A DNA stretch of 50,646 nt from a virus: positions 1-50,646 of IMG/VR virus record IMGVR_UViG_3300045450_000119, one strand, 5' to 3'. How positions within the stretch are numbered: the first letter of the stretch is position 1; each line of letters begins with the position of its first letter. Below the pieces are notes generated by a model. It saw only the letters and a program-made list of their open reading frames with translations, ran no database searches and was not told where the DNA came from. Shown here in pieces: positions 41,466 to 49,956 of this stretch. Made by a program: the position numbers and the translations under genes.

Positions 41466-44400
41466 TCAGAGGGTGGGCTGACGGGTGCCGACCTTGGGGA
41501 TGCGTCGGTACTTGATGAGCGTCTTCAAGATCGCGTTCGCGATCCGCTTGTGGCCGAGCTTATTGGGGTGCAGGCCATCGTTGATGCGGACCGAGTAGTC
41601 GCCCGCCGGCATGGCCGCGTCGATGTCGGCGCCGGAGACGACGACGAGGCCCTTCCAGCTGGCGAACGGCGCGAGCGCCTCCGCCATGTAGCCGCGGAAG
41701 CGCTCCGCGGTCGCATCGTTCGGCTTCGGGTCGTCGTAGTTGTCGTAGCCCTGGGGGACCGGGAAGAACGGCCGCGTGACCGTCGACTTGCCGGGCGGCA
41801 CCATGATGACGAACGGCATGTCCGCCTCGTCCTCGTACCAGGGGAGGAAGGCGTCCACGATCAGCGGCTGGCCGGACGTGCCGGTGTGGGTCAGCTTGAG
41901 CGTGTGCGTGCGGTTCCCGAGGTCGCGCAGGTGCACCGGGACGATCGTGTGGCGCGCGCCCGACTCCGGCATGAGCGCGGTGTCGTGGCCGTGGTTCACG
42001 GTCGTGCCCGTGATCGGCGTCCCGCCGTCGACGGAGACGGAGTAGGCGGATCCGCGGCCGTCGATCGGCGCGAGGAGGATCAGCGTGCCGCCCGAGCCCG
42101 GGAAGGTGATCGAAGTCGTCGAGCCCTTCACGGTCGTGCTGCGGGTGCGGGAGCCGTACTTCACCGGGGCATCCGTCCACGTGCCCGTCTCGCCGCCGGC
42201 CGTGGTGTAGAGGAATCCTCGCGAGCGATAGATGCCCGCGAGCGCCGAGAGGCCGTCCTTGTAGCACAGCTCGCCGTTCACGCCCGCAGCGTGGAAGTGG
42301 CCGAAGTCGTTGCCGCCGGAGAGCATCGAGACGTTGTCGTAGACGCCCGGCTTCCATTTCCGCACGATGTTGCGGAACGGCGCGTCGGTGATGTGCCGCA
42401 GCGCGAGGTCCTGCGTCGTCGACTTGCCGATGTGCCGGTTGACGGTTGCGCGGCCGATGCCCTTCGGGTACGGCGCCGGCGACGGGCCCGTACCCGTCCA
42501 GCCGGTGCCGATGAGCGCCACCCAGATGTCGGCCGGGTAGTAGTCGATGCCGGAGACGGTGTCGGAGATGCCTTCGGGGCGCTTGGACTGGATGCCGGAC
42601 GAGTCGCCGTCGGCGAACCAGAGGCTGCCCGTCCAGTCCGCGATGCTCGGGTCGCCGACCGGCGTCGGCGTCGGGGTCGGGTCGGTCGGATCCGTGGGGG
42701 CCGGGTCAGGGTCGGGGTCCGGCGTCGAGCCGTCCGACGTCGGGTAGCTCGAGCGGCTGATCGAGCCGTGCGTCGGCGAGCCGGCCTTGGAGTAGAACGT
42801 CGGCACCGGCTCCCCGTCGGAGAGCAGGTAGCTGTCCTTCTCCCAGTTGTACCGCCCGCTGCCGGAGATGTTCTGGTACATGTACTGGGGCTGGCGGTTC
42901 GTGCCGGTGCCCTTCGGCGCCACGTGGTCGCGGCTGATCTGGAAGGTGTAGCCGTCGGTCGACCAGAACTCGCAGCCGCCCGCCTTGTTGGAGTCAGAGT
43001 TGACAGCGCGCTCGTACTCGTAGTCGTTCCGGCGGATGCGCACCTTCGGCTTCACGCCCGCCGCGGCGGCCATGTTGAACAGGATCGGCGCGCGGTTGAA
43101 GCGCTCGAAGACGTTGTCGAAGATGTCCATGTCGACGGCGCAGCCGGACACGCCGACCGAGTCCCACGGCTTCGACTTGGGCAGGCCGGCGTCGCGCAGG
43201 CGGTTGCGGAGGACAGACACCTTGTGGTTGGAGCTCTCGGCGGGCAGGTTGCCGGCGTTGATGCCCGCGTCCTGGAAGCCGATCACGGTGTTGTCTTCGA
43301 CCACGATGTGGTTGAAGACGGGGGATCCGGGGATGTGCACGGAGGCGACGACGATGCCCGCCTGCGAGCCGATCAGCACGTTGTTCTTGATGATCGTGCA
43401 GAAGCTGCGGGTGCCGACCGCCTTGCGCCCCTGGTCCTTCATGCCGCCCGCCATCGAGCCGGCGATGAACGAGTCCTGCAGCACGTCGCGCAGCGACCCC
43501 TCGTGCAGGTCGAAGGCGTTCGCCCAGCAGTCGAAGGCGAAGATCTTCGTCACGCAGTCGCGCGCGGTGCCGATCGCCGCCATCGCGAAATCGGACCGGC
43601 TCGCCGCCGGGAGGGTGAGCGGGTGGATGCTGGTCTGGTAGGGGTTGTTGGTGTAGAAGTGCCGGCCGCGGCCGCCGAACAGCTGCGCGCGCCCGTTGTC
43701 GCTCGCGCCGTAGCGCTCTACGACGTAGCCGAGCGCGGCGATGTCGAGCTCGGGGTCGTAGTCCGGGTTGGGGACCGTGGCCCCGCTCGAGTCCTTCATC
43801 GTCTCCGACATGAGCCGGGCGTCGGAAGGGAAGTCGAGGCACCGGGCGCGCACGTCGAAGTTCGGGGTGCCGGCCAGCAGCACGCCCGTCGTCCAGAGGT
43901 GCTTGAAAGTGACGTCGACCTCGGGCGCGTAGCAGTTGCCGATGCCGAGCATCTTGACGCGGTCGCGGCGGTTCAGGTTCGACTCGGGATCCACGCCCGA
44001 CGTCTCGAAAGTCGGGCCCTTGATCGAGAAGACGAGGTCAGGGAGCTTGCGCAGCACCAGCGTCGGCGCGTCCGGGGTGGCCGGGTTCGACGTGAAAGTG
44101 TCCTCGAGCGGCATGCCGTGCACGAGGATCGTGCCCAGCGCACCGGTCGGCTCGTCGGCGATCAGCGTGCCGATCTTCACGTCCTTGACGTAGAGCGCGT
44201 CCGTGCTGTTGAAGGTGCCGGTGAGGTTCTCGAAGAGGAGCTGACCGTAGGTGGTCTGCTTGCTCGAGTTCTGGGCCGTCTTCTGGAAGCCCTTGAGCAC
44301 GCCGCGCGCGCCGGCGACGCCGGAGCTCGACTTCTGCACGACCGTGTCGCCTTCGGCGAACAGCTTCCCGACGACCAGCTGCGTGCGGAACATCACGCCG

Positions 44401-46427
44401 TGGATCGGGATGTGCGAGCCCTTGAGGACGGTCCCCTTCACCTCCGAAGACCAGATGTACTTGTCGCCGGCCCACGTGTTCTCGAGGCGCCAGCGCTCCT
44501 CCGAGCGCACCTTCTGCAGCGACGCCTGCGAGTCGGGGACGATCTGCGTCGTGTAGATCGAGTCGGAGTTGGCCGGCTTGCCGGTGCCCTCCCAGCCGAA
44601 CGACGTGCCCGTCACCATGCGCACGGCGAAGCTGTCGACCGTGTCGTGGAAGAAGGTCAGCGCCGTGCCCATCTCGCGCGACGGCGGGACGAGGAACCGG
44701 CCCGGGCCCCAGATGCGCGCGTTCTTGTTCTTGCCGGAGACGACCCGGGTGATCGTGTACGTGCCGGCCACGTACACCGACTTCCCCGCCGTGTGCGCGG
44801 CGGCGATCGCCTTCTCGAGCTTCTCCTCGGTCGTCCCGGTGAAGTCTTCCGGGCGCACCGCCCCCATGTCGCCGAGCGGGTTCGTCGAGCCGCCGGGCGC
44901 GAGCGAGAGGTACGCGGCCGGGATGACGTTGTCCTCGTTCAGCGGGGCGAAGCCCCACTGCGTCTTCTTCTGGTACTCGTCGAGCGCCTCCGCGAGCGCG
45001 TACGCGCTCAGATCCAGGTTCGCTGCCGGCACCTTCCCGTCCTGCAGGCGGGCGTAGTTCACCAGCTGCAGCAGCTCCTCGGGGACGAAGCGCTTGCCCG
45101 TGCCCGGCTCGATCGAGAGCTCGACGTAGTTGGTCAGCGCCTCGTCGAGCAGGTCGCGGGTCAGCAGGTTGTCGAGCTCGGAGCGGTCCGCCTTGTCGTC
45201 GAAGCCGACGACGTAGGGGAAGTCGGCCGGGCCGGCCAGGTTGCCGGGCAGGGTGCCGGCGAGGCGGATCGTGCCGTACGACGTCGGCGAAGCCTGCGGG
45301 ATCTCCACGACGGTTCCATCCGGTCCGGGGGCGAAGCGGGACACCACCCAATCGGTGGTCGCGATGGCGCCCGGCACCGGGGTGGCGCCGGGGAAGTCGG
45401 CGGTCGGCTGGCCGGTCAGGTGCGCGTTCGCCGCGTTCGCCTTGAGATCCAGGTCCGCGTCGATGTCGGCGCGGGTGACGAAGTCGTCCAGCTGCGCGCC
45501 CAGGTCCTCCACCCGCGACGTGTCCGCCTTGCCGCGGATCACCTCGTCGATGGGGTTGCCGTCCATCGTGATCGCGCTCGCGTCGTGGCCGTGCTCTGTC
45601 GGCGGCCGCGCGTCCGTCAGGCGCGAGTCGTTGCCGGCGACGGCGTCAGCCGGGCCCGAACCGATCGTCGGCGGGAACGTGGCCGGCTTGCCGGAGATGC
45701 CGCCCTCCCAGGCCACCACCCCGCCGTCGCCGCCGGTGGGCAGGTCGCCTTCCGCGTACGCCGCGATGACCGTCGCCCGGCCGTCCCGCAGGCGGCCGAG
45801 CGGGTCGCCGGTGACGCCGACGCGGCCGCGCACGCCGAGCGCCGCCGCCTCCGCGTCCGCCGCCGCCTTCGCCGCGACCGCCGCCAGGCGCGCCACCTCC
45901 GACGTGCTCGCGCCCGCGCGGACCGCGTCAGCGAGAGCGGCCGCCGCCGACGCGGCCGCGCCGCGCGCCGCCGTCGCCGCGTCCGCCGCCGCGCTGCGCG
46001 CCTGCTGCAGGCTCTCCGGCGTCAGGTCGATCGTGCCGGCGCTGCGCAGCCGCGACACGTCCGGGACCAGCTGCAGCGGGGTCAGGCCGTCCGGCACCGA
46101 GAAGACGATGTCCTCGACGTCGTCCGTCGTCGGCCCCGACTGCGGGAACGACCAGGTGTAGGTGAAGTCCTTCACGATCCGGCCGAGGCCGTCCGTCATC
46201 CCCGACTGCGAGGTGATCGGGAGCCGGATCGAGCCGAGCCCGTTCACGATCGGCGCCGAGATCGGCTTGCGGAACAGGCCCGCCGGGCCGAAAGCGAACG
46301 AGATCTCGACCGTGATCTGCGCGCCGCGCATGTTCAGCGGCGTCCCCGCCGAGTCGAGCAGCGGTCCGACACGAACCTCGCGAGTGCGCAGGGAAGGAGG
46401 GTAGGCCATGCGTGCAGGGTAACGCAC
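41466..46427 (-). CDS. Tailspike/receptor-binding protein 1: Ala-rich coil, beta-helix-like centre, PT/PD linker, C-terminal SGNH esterase module
   Basis: The C-terminal module has FADGDSSG, SMLSGGNDF and NDGLHPNKLGH. The linker is PDPDPDPAPTDPTDPTPTPTP. The repetitive NxVxIG-type centre suggests a parallel beta-helix. An alternative start is ATG 46409. Confidence 0.8.
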   Translation of the reverse strand: MRYPARMAYPPSLRTREVRVGPLLDSAGTPLNMRGAQITVEISFAFGPAGLFRKPISAPIVNGLGSIRLPITSQSGMTDGLGRIVKDFTYTWSFPQSGPTTDDVEDIVFSVPDGLTPLQLVPDVSRLRSAGTIDLTPESLQQARSAAADAATAARGAAASAAAALADAVRAGASTSEVARLAAVAAKAAADAEAAALGVRGRVGVTGDPLGRLRDGRATVIAAYAEGDLPTGGDGGVVAWEGGISGKPATFPPTIGSGPADAVAGNDSRLTDARPPTEHGHDASAITMDGNPIDEVIRGKADTSRVEDLGAQLDDFVTRADIDADLDLKANAANAHLTGQPTADFPGATPVPGAIATTDWVVSRFAPGPDGTVVEIPQASPTSYGTIRLAGTLPGNLAGPADFPYVVGFDDKADRSELDNLLTRDLLDEALTNYVELSIEPGTGKRFVPEELLQLVNYARLQDGKVPAANLDLSAYALAEALDEYQKKTQWGFAPLNEDNVIPAAYLSLAPGGSTNPLGDMGAVRPEDFTGTTEEKLEKAIAAAHTAGKSVYVAGTYTITRVVSGKNKNARIWGPGRFLVPPSREMGTALTFFHDTVDSFAVRMVTGTSFGWEGTGKPANSDSIYTTQIVPDSQASLQKVRSEERWRLENTWAGDKYIWSSEVKGTVLKGSHIPIHGVMFRTQLVVGKLFAEGDTVVQKSSSGVAGARGVLKGFQKTAQNSSKQTTYGQLLFENLTGTFNSTDALYVKDVKIGTLIADEPTGALGTILVHGMPLEDTFTSNPATPDAPTLVLRKLPDLVFSIKGPTFETSGVDPESNLNRRDRVKMLGIGNCYAPEVDVTFKHLWTTGVLLAGTPNFDVRARCLDFPSDARLMSETMKDSSGATVPNPDYDPELDIAALGYVVERYGASDNGRAQLFGGRGRHFYTNNPYQTSIHPLTLPAASRSDFAMAAIGTARDCVTKIFAFDCWANAFDLHEGSLRDVLQDSFIAGSMAGGMKDQGRKAVGTRSFCTIIKNNVLIGSQAGIVVASVHIPGSPVFNHIVVEDNTVIGFQDAGINAGNLPAESSNHKVSVLRNRLRDAGLPKSKPWDSVGVSGCAVDMDIFDNVFERFNRAPILFNMAAAAGVKPKVRIRRNDYEYERAVNSDSNKAGGCEFWSTDGYTFQISRDHVAPKGTGTNRQPQYMYQNISGSGRYNWEKDSYLLSDGEPVPTFYSKAGSPTHGSISRSSYPTSDGSTPDPDPDPAPTDPTDPTPTPTPVGDPSIADWTGSLWFADGDSSGIQSKRPEGISDTVSGIDYYPADIWVALIGTGWTGTGPSPAPYPKGIGRATVNRHIGKSTTQDLALRHITDAPFRNIVRKWKPGVYDNVSMLSGGNDFGHFHAAGVNGELCYKDGLSALAGIYRSRGFLYTTAGGETGTWTDAPVKYGSRTRSTTVKGSTTSITFPGSGGTLILLAPIDGRGSAYSVSVDGGTPITGTTVNHGHDTALMPESGARHTIVPVHLRDLGNRTHTLKLTHTGTSGQPLIVDAFLPWYEDEADMPFVIMVPPGKSTVTRPFFPVPQGYDNYDDPKPNDATAERFRGYMAEALAPFASWKGLVVVSGADIDAAMPAGDYSVRINDGLHPNKLGHKRIANAILKTLIKYRRIPKVGTRQPTL

Positions 46428-46463
46428 GAGAGCCCCCGACCTCGTAGGTCGAAAGGCTCTCGT
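46425..46463 (-). promoter_or_regulatory. Nested hairpin (outer ACGAGAGCC/GGCTCTCGT, inner CGACCT-cgt-AGGTCG) overlapping the tailspike start
   Basis: Read directly. It lies between the membrane-protein gene and tailspike 1 and overlaps the GTG 46427 start. Confidence 0.4.
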
Positions 46464-46512
46464 CTTGCTGGCTCCTCTGAGTGCAGCAGAGGGACTGGCG
46501 CGCGGTGTCAGC

Positions 46513-46884
46513 CTAGCGCTTGACGGCGTTCGGCGTCTGGTAGACCCCGAAGCCGACGCCTGCCGTGGTCACGACCGCGGCCATGATCGACAGCACGACG
46601 GTGGTGGTGCCGTCCGTGATCAGCGGCATCGCCGCCGTCAGGCCCGACCCGACGAGGGCGATGATGAAGCCGACCTGCGCCTTCGTCGACTCCGTGACCG
46701 GCGGCACCGGGACCACCTGCAGGTACTCGGGGATCGGCAGGCCGGCCCGCTCGTAGACCTCGCGCTGCGCCGCCTGCTCGGCGATGTAGCGCTCCGCCAG
46801 CTTGCGAGCCTCCGCCTGGCTCAGCGCGATGTCGTCGCCCGCGAGCTCGTGGCGGCCCTGCTCTTCGCCGTCGTAATCGGCCAT
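46513..46884 (-). CDS. Membrane protein with two C-terminal TM segments (123 aa)
   Basis: ATG follows AGAAGGAGAAC. Hydrophobic segments are VGFIIALVGSGLTAAMPLI and VVLSIMAAVVTTAGVGFGVY. Confidence 0.75.
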   Translation of the reverse strand: MADYDGEEQGRHELAGDDIALSQAEARKLAERYIAEQAAQREVYERAGLPIPEYLQVVPVPPVTESTKAQVGFIIALVGSGLTAAMPLITDGTTTVVLSIMAAVVTTAGVGFGVYQTPNAVKR

Positions 46885-46906
46885 GATGTTCTCCTTCTGG
46901 TGGTGG

Positions 46907-47518
46907 TCAGGTGCGGCGCTCGAGGCGCACGCGGATGGTCAGGTGGTAGTCGACGATGCCCGCCATGTTCGGGACGGACAGCTGCACCGCGAGGTAGTCG
47001 GTGGTGCCGTTGAGCTCGACCAGCTGCAGCGCGATCGCCGTCGACGCGCGGGCGTTCGCCGGGGGCGCCGCCTCGATCGCCTGGCGCAGCGCCGAAGTGT
47101 TCTTGCGCAGCTCGAGCACGCGCGAGCCGGTGCCGTTGCCGCCCCAGCCGCAGTCGACGGTGACGGAGTAGAAGCCGCGCACCTTCGGGGTGATCCGCTC
47201 CGTCGTCACCGAGGCGCTGTGCCAGTCGCCGAGGTCCGAGATCTCCACGTAGGGGAGATTCCGATCCGCCTCCGGCTCGCCGATCGAGCCGACCAGGCGG
47301 GTGCGGTTCGTCTCGAACATGTAGCTGTCCGACGTCGCCAGGAACATGAACTGCGCCGACGCGACCGCCTCGAGCTCGTCCAGGCGCCCGCGGTCTTCCG
47401 CGACAGCCGCCTCGATCCCGTCCAGGTTGCCGTTGTAGACCCCGACGTCCCACTTCTCCTGCGAGCCCGGGATCGGCTTCACGGCCTGCGTGTTCTCGAG
47501 CGGCGGCATGTAGCCCAT
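46907..47518 (-). CDS. Small fibre/minor tail protein with C1q/TNF-like jelly-roll C-terminus
   Basis: A short coil (RGRLDELEAV) is followed by GFYSVTVDCGWGGNGTGSRVLELRKN...YLAVQL, which is a C1q-like pattern. Confidence 0.6.
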   Translation of the reverse strand: MGYMPPLENTQAVKPIPGSQEKWDVGVYNGNLDGIEAAVAEDRGRLDELEAVASAQFMFLATSDSYMFETNRTRLVGSIGEPEADRNLPYVEISDLGDWHSASVTTERITPKVRGFYSVTVDCGWGGNGTGSRVLELRKNTSALRQAIEAAPPANARASTAIALQLVELNGTTDYLAVQLSVPNMAGIVDYHLTIRVRLERRT

Positions 47519-47521
47519 CGC

Positions 47522-48238
47522 TCACTCCCCTCTCGACGGCGGCAGAGCGCTCGTGCGCACCGACTCTACAGCGAGGGTGTTCTGCAGCCTCGTGGCGAAC
47601 TTCGTCATGAAGCCGGCCGGGAGCTCCGCGGCGTGCTCGTCCAGCAGCGCCAGCAGCTCGTTCAGCACGCGCGCCATGTCGACTTGAGGCTTATTCGGGT
47701 CGTACTCGCCGCTCATCTGCAGCGAGAACTTGATCGCCCCCAGGTCCTCCTTCTCCACGAGGCTCGCCAGCGACTGCCGCGCCGTCACCGTGCTCGCGAA
47801 CTCGAGGTCCTGCTCCGCCCGGCGCCGCACCTCCGCGCGGAACTCCGGCTGCTGGTTCCATGCGCGCCACTTCGTCTGCGTCACGCCGATCGCCAGCAGG
47901 CGCCGCTGGTGGTGGAAGCCCTCGCCGCCCGCGTTGAAGTAGGCGACGATCGCATCCATCTGCTCCGACGACAGCCCGCCGCGGCGCAGCGAGATCCCCC
48001 GCGCCGCGGCCGCCGCCAGGAACTTCGGCTCCTCGAGCAGCAGCGCCACCCGATCGCGCGGCCACTTCTCGTCGTCCGGGAACGCGCTCATCACCGTGTC
48101 GACAGTCACATCCAGGCGGTCGCCTTGCAGGCGCTCCGCCGCGTTCAGCACCCGCTTGAAGAAGCGCTCCGCCACCGACTCGCTCACCGGGGACGCGCCC
48201 CGCAGCGAGAACGGGCCCGAGCCTGCTACATCACTCAT
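47522..48238 (-). CDS. DNA-binding protein, possible terminase small subunit-type HTH
   Basis: LAIGVTQTKWRAWNQQPEF resembles the HTH found in small-terminase/phBC6A51-type proteins. Its location far from TerL makes the function uncertain. Confidence 0.7.
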   Translation of the reverse strand: MSDVAGSGPFSLRGASPVSESVAERFFKRVLNAAERLQGDRLDVTVDTVMSAFPDDEKWPRDRVALLLEEPKFLAAAAARGISLRRGGLSSEQMDAIVAYFNAGGEGFHHQRRLLAIGVTQTKWRAWNQQPEFRAEVRRRAEQDLEFASTVTARQSLASLVEKEDLGAIKFSLQMSGEYDPNKPQVDMARVLNELLALLDEHAAELPAGFMTKFATRLQNTLAVESVRTSALPPSRGE

Positions 48239-48404
48239 CGCTGCTCCACCATTCCTTCCCGCACCAGCAGCAGCGGTGCGCTCCCGTGTGACCTTCCGGC
48301 CACGGTCCGATCCGCAGACAGTAGTGCGCGCCGCCGAGATCGCAGACCAGCGGCTCGCCGTCCTCGTCGTGCGTGCCCTTCGTGGCGCACGACGCCCTGT
48401 TCAC
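48231..48404 (-). CDS. 57-aa Cys-rich (zinc-ribbon-like) protein
   Basis: Hand translation gives VNRASCATKGTHDEDGEPLVCDLGGAHYCLRIGPWPEGHTGAHRCCWCGKEWWSSDE. GC3 is high, with a GTGA overlap upstream and an 8-nt overlap downstream. It replaces the junk track ORF 48235-48480. Confidence 0.6.
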   Translation of the reverse strand: MNRASCATKGTHDEDGEPLVCDLGGAHYCLRIGPWPEGHTGAHRCCWCGKEWWSSDE

Positions 48405-48925
48405 GGCCGTGCATCGCCGGGCCCCGGGGGGAGCTCGGACAGCGCGGCCACGTACGCGTCGCCCAGGTCGAAGGCCTCAATCAGGCCCATCGCCAGCGTC
48501 TGCGGCAGGCCGTCGCGCTTGCGCAGGCCTTTCTCGTACTGGTCGACGGTGCGCTGCGGGAGGTGCAGGGCGCTCGCCAGCGACGTCGGCGTCGGGTAGC
48601 CGAGATCCCGCCGCCACGCGACGAAGCTCCCGTACGAGGCCAGCACCGCCGGTGAGAGATCCAGCACCGCGCGCTGGCGCAGCGACAGCGTCGGCTTCTG
48701 CCGGCGGCGCCACGCCTGCAGCTGCGGGCCCAGCGAATCCGCCGGCACGCCCAGGGCAGCTTCGAGGCGGCGCAGCGTGCTGGGATCCGGGAACCGGGTG
48801 CGGCCGCCTTCGATCGCGATCAGCGTCGAGCGGTTCACCTTCGCCATCGCCGCCAGGCGCGCCGCCGGCATCCGCGCGCGCAGCCGCGCCAGGCGCAGCG
48901 GGTGATCCTGCGGCACGGTGCTCAC
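48401..48925 (-). CDS. Tandem XRE-type HTH transcriptional regulator (174 aa)
   Basis: GTGA overlap. There are two HTH units: AARLAAMAKVNRSTLIAIEGG and TSLASALHLPQRTVDQYEKG. The track ORF upstream of 48925 is Arg-rich junk. Confidence 0.7.
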   Translation of the reverse strand: MSTVPQDHPLRLARLRARMPAARLAAMAKVNRSTLIAIEGGRTRFPDPSTLRRLEAALGVPADSLGPQLQAWRRRQKPTLSLRQRAVLDLSPAVLASYGSFVAWRRDLGYPTPTSLASALHLPQRTVDQYEKGLRKRDGLPQTLAMGLIEAFDLGDAYVAALSELPPGPGDARP

Positions 48926-49365
48926 TGGTACTCCTTCACGTAGGTCAACAGGCGCTCGGCGGCGACCGCGGGGGTGTGCCCGTCGTACTCGGGGGCGCGG
49001 TCGACGGCCGGCACGTAGAACAGGTCCCAGTGCTCGAGCTTGTAGTGGTTCGTGATCTGGCCGGTCGGCAGCTCCGCGACGACGACGAACCAGCCACCGC
49101 CGAAGCAGAGCTCGCCGTCGCTGTGCCGGGTCGACTTCCTGACCTTCACGGATCCGCTGTGGTCCCACTCGTTGAACAGAGCCGCGTTGTAGAGCAGCCG
49201 GTAGTGGTAGAGCTCCTGCATCGTGTGGTGCTCGTCGCGCGGAGTCTCGATCGCGTCCGCGCCGGCCAGCAGCATCGCGGAGATGTCCTCGGCGGCCTCC
49301 TTCGGCGCAACCAGGTGCACCGCGGTCGCGGCCAGGCGCATGTTCTCGGGGGTCGGCTCGTACAT
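48922..49365 (-). CDS. Conserved-looking hypothetical protein (147 aa), possibly WDGH-domain-like
   Basis: TGATG overlap. The motifs HTMQELYHYR...KSTRHSDG...GGWF...GQITNHY...WDLF...EYDGHTP resemble a family I recall from actinophages. This is unverified. Confidence 0.7.
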   Translation of the reverse strand: MYEPTPENMRLAATAVHLVAPKEAAEDISAMLLAGADAIETPRDEHHTMQELYHYRLLYNAALFNEWDHSGSVKVRKSTRHSDGELCFGGGWFVVVAELPTGQITNHYKLEHWDLFYVPAVDRAPEYDGHTPAVAAERLLTYVKEYQ

Positions 49366-49580
49366 CACTCAGCCGCCCCGAGGTCGACGCTGCGATCCGG
49401 GTCCACCGCGGTGACCAGGTCCCAGCTCAACACCATGCCACCGGTGGTCAAGGAGGCGTGGTCGCCCTCGTGGCCGGGGATGCCGTGGCACGGCTCGACG
49501 GTGAACGGGTCGCGGTTCTGGTGGTTCACGAACTCGTGCAGATCGGGCGGCAGCTCGGCGCCGCAGGTGGTCGCAGTCAT
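49365..49580 (-). CDS. Hypothetical protein (71 aa), first gene of the leftward arm
   Basis: ATG follows GAAGGAGCCCCC and the conserved leader. Confidence 0.65.
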   Translation of the reverse strand: MTATTCGAELPPDLHEFVNHQNRDPFTVEPCHGIPGHEGDHASLTTGGMVLSWDLVTAVDPDRSVDLGAAE

Positions 49581-49624
49581 GGGGGCTCCTTCGAGTCGGT
49601 AAGTGACCCGTCAAATGTATCACC
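49581..49624 (-). promoter_or_regulatory. Conserved promoter/leader (minus strand GGTGATACATTTGACGGGTCACTTACCGACTCGAAGGAGCCCCC)
   Basis: Near-identical to 35938-35979. An ATGCGG-N7-CCGCAT inverted repeat (49625-49643) sits just upstream. Confidence 0.5.
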
Positions 49625-49956
49625 ATGCGGGCGGGATCCGCATCATCCTGGGGGGTACTTGAAGCGGAGAAAAAGGCGGGGGGTACTTTGCCGGCAATGC
49701 ATTCGGGGCTATCGGGGCTTATCGGGAAAAGTATTAGTCAGTAATGCGGAATGGCTTATCTGTAGAGAGAGGCGTGGCAATAACAATTGGAATGGTAGCG
49801 ACCCCGTCGACATGCATCGCGGAGGCCGAAAGTTGCCCGGATCCGGCAGGCATGGCAAGCTATTCATTGTCAGCAGGGAGGGGGACCGCCCCCCACCCCG
49901 ACACCCCCGCCCCGGGGGGTCGACCCCCCTGCACCCCTCACACCTCGGAGCCCACC
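49581..49956. promoter_or_regulatory. Divergent low-GC control region between the leftward and rightward arms
   Basis: No coding signature. It contains GGGGGGTACTT x2 (49650-49660, 49678-49688), a tandem TCGGGGCT(T)A decamer (49702-49726), minus-strand TAATACTTT (49728-49736) and the 16-bp palindrome GGGGGGTCGACCCCCC (49914-49929). Confidence 0.6.

Noticed and set aside
48235-48480. Track ORF of 81 aa on the minus strand.
   Set aside because: It is Arg-rich with low GC3 and overlaps the end of the HTH regulator. It is replaced by the hand-found 57-aa Cys-rich ORF 48231-48404 in another frame.
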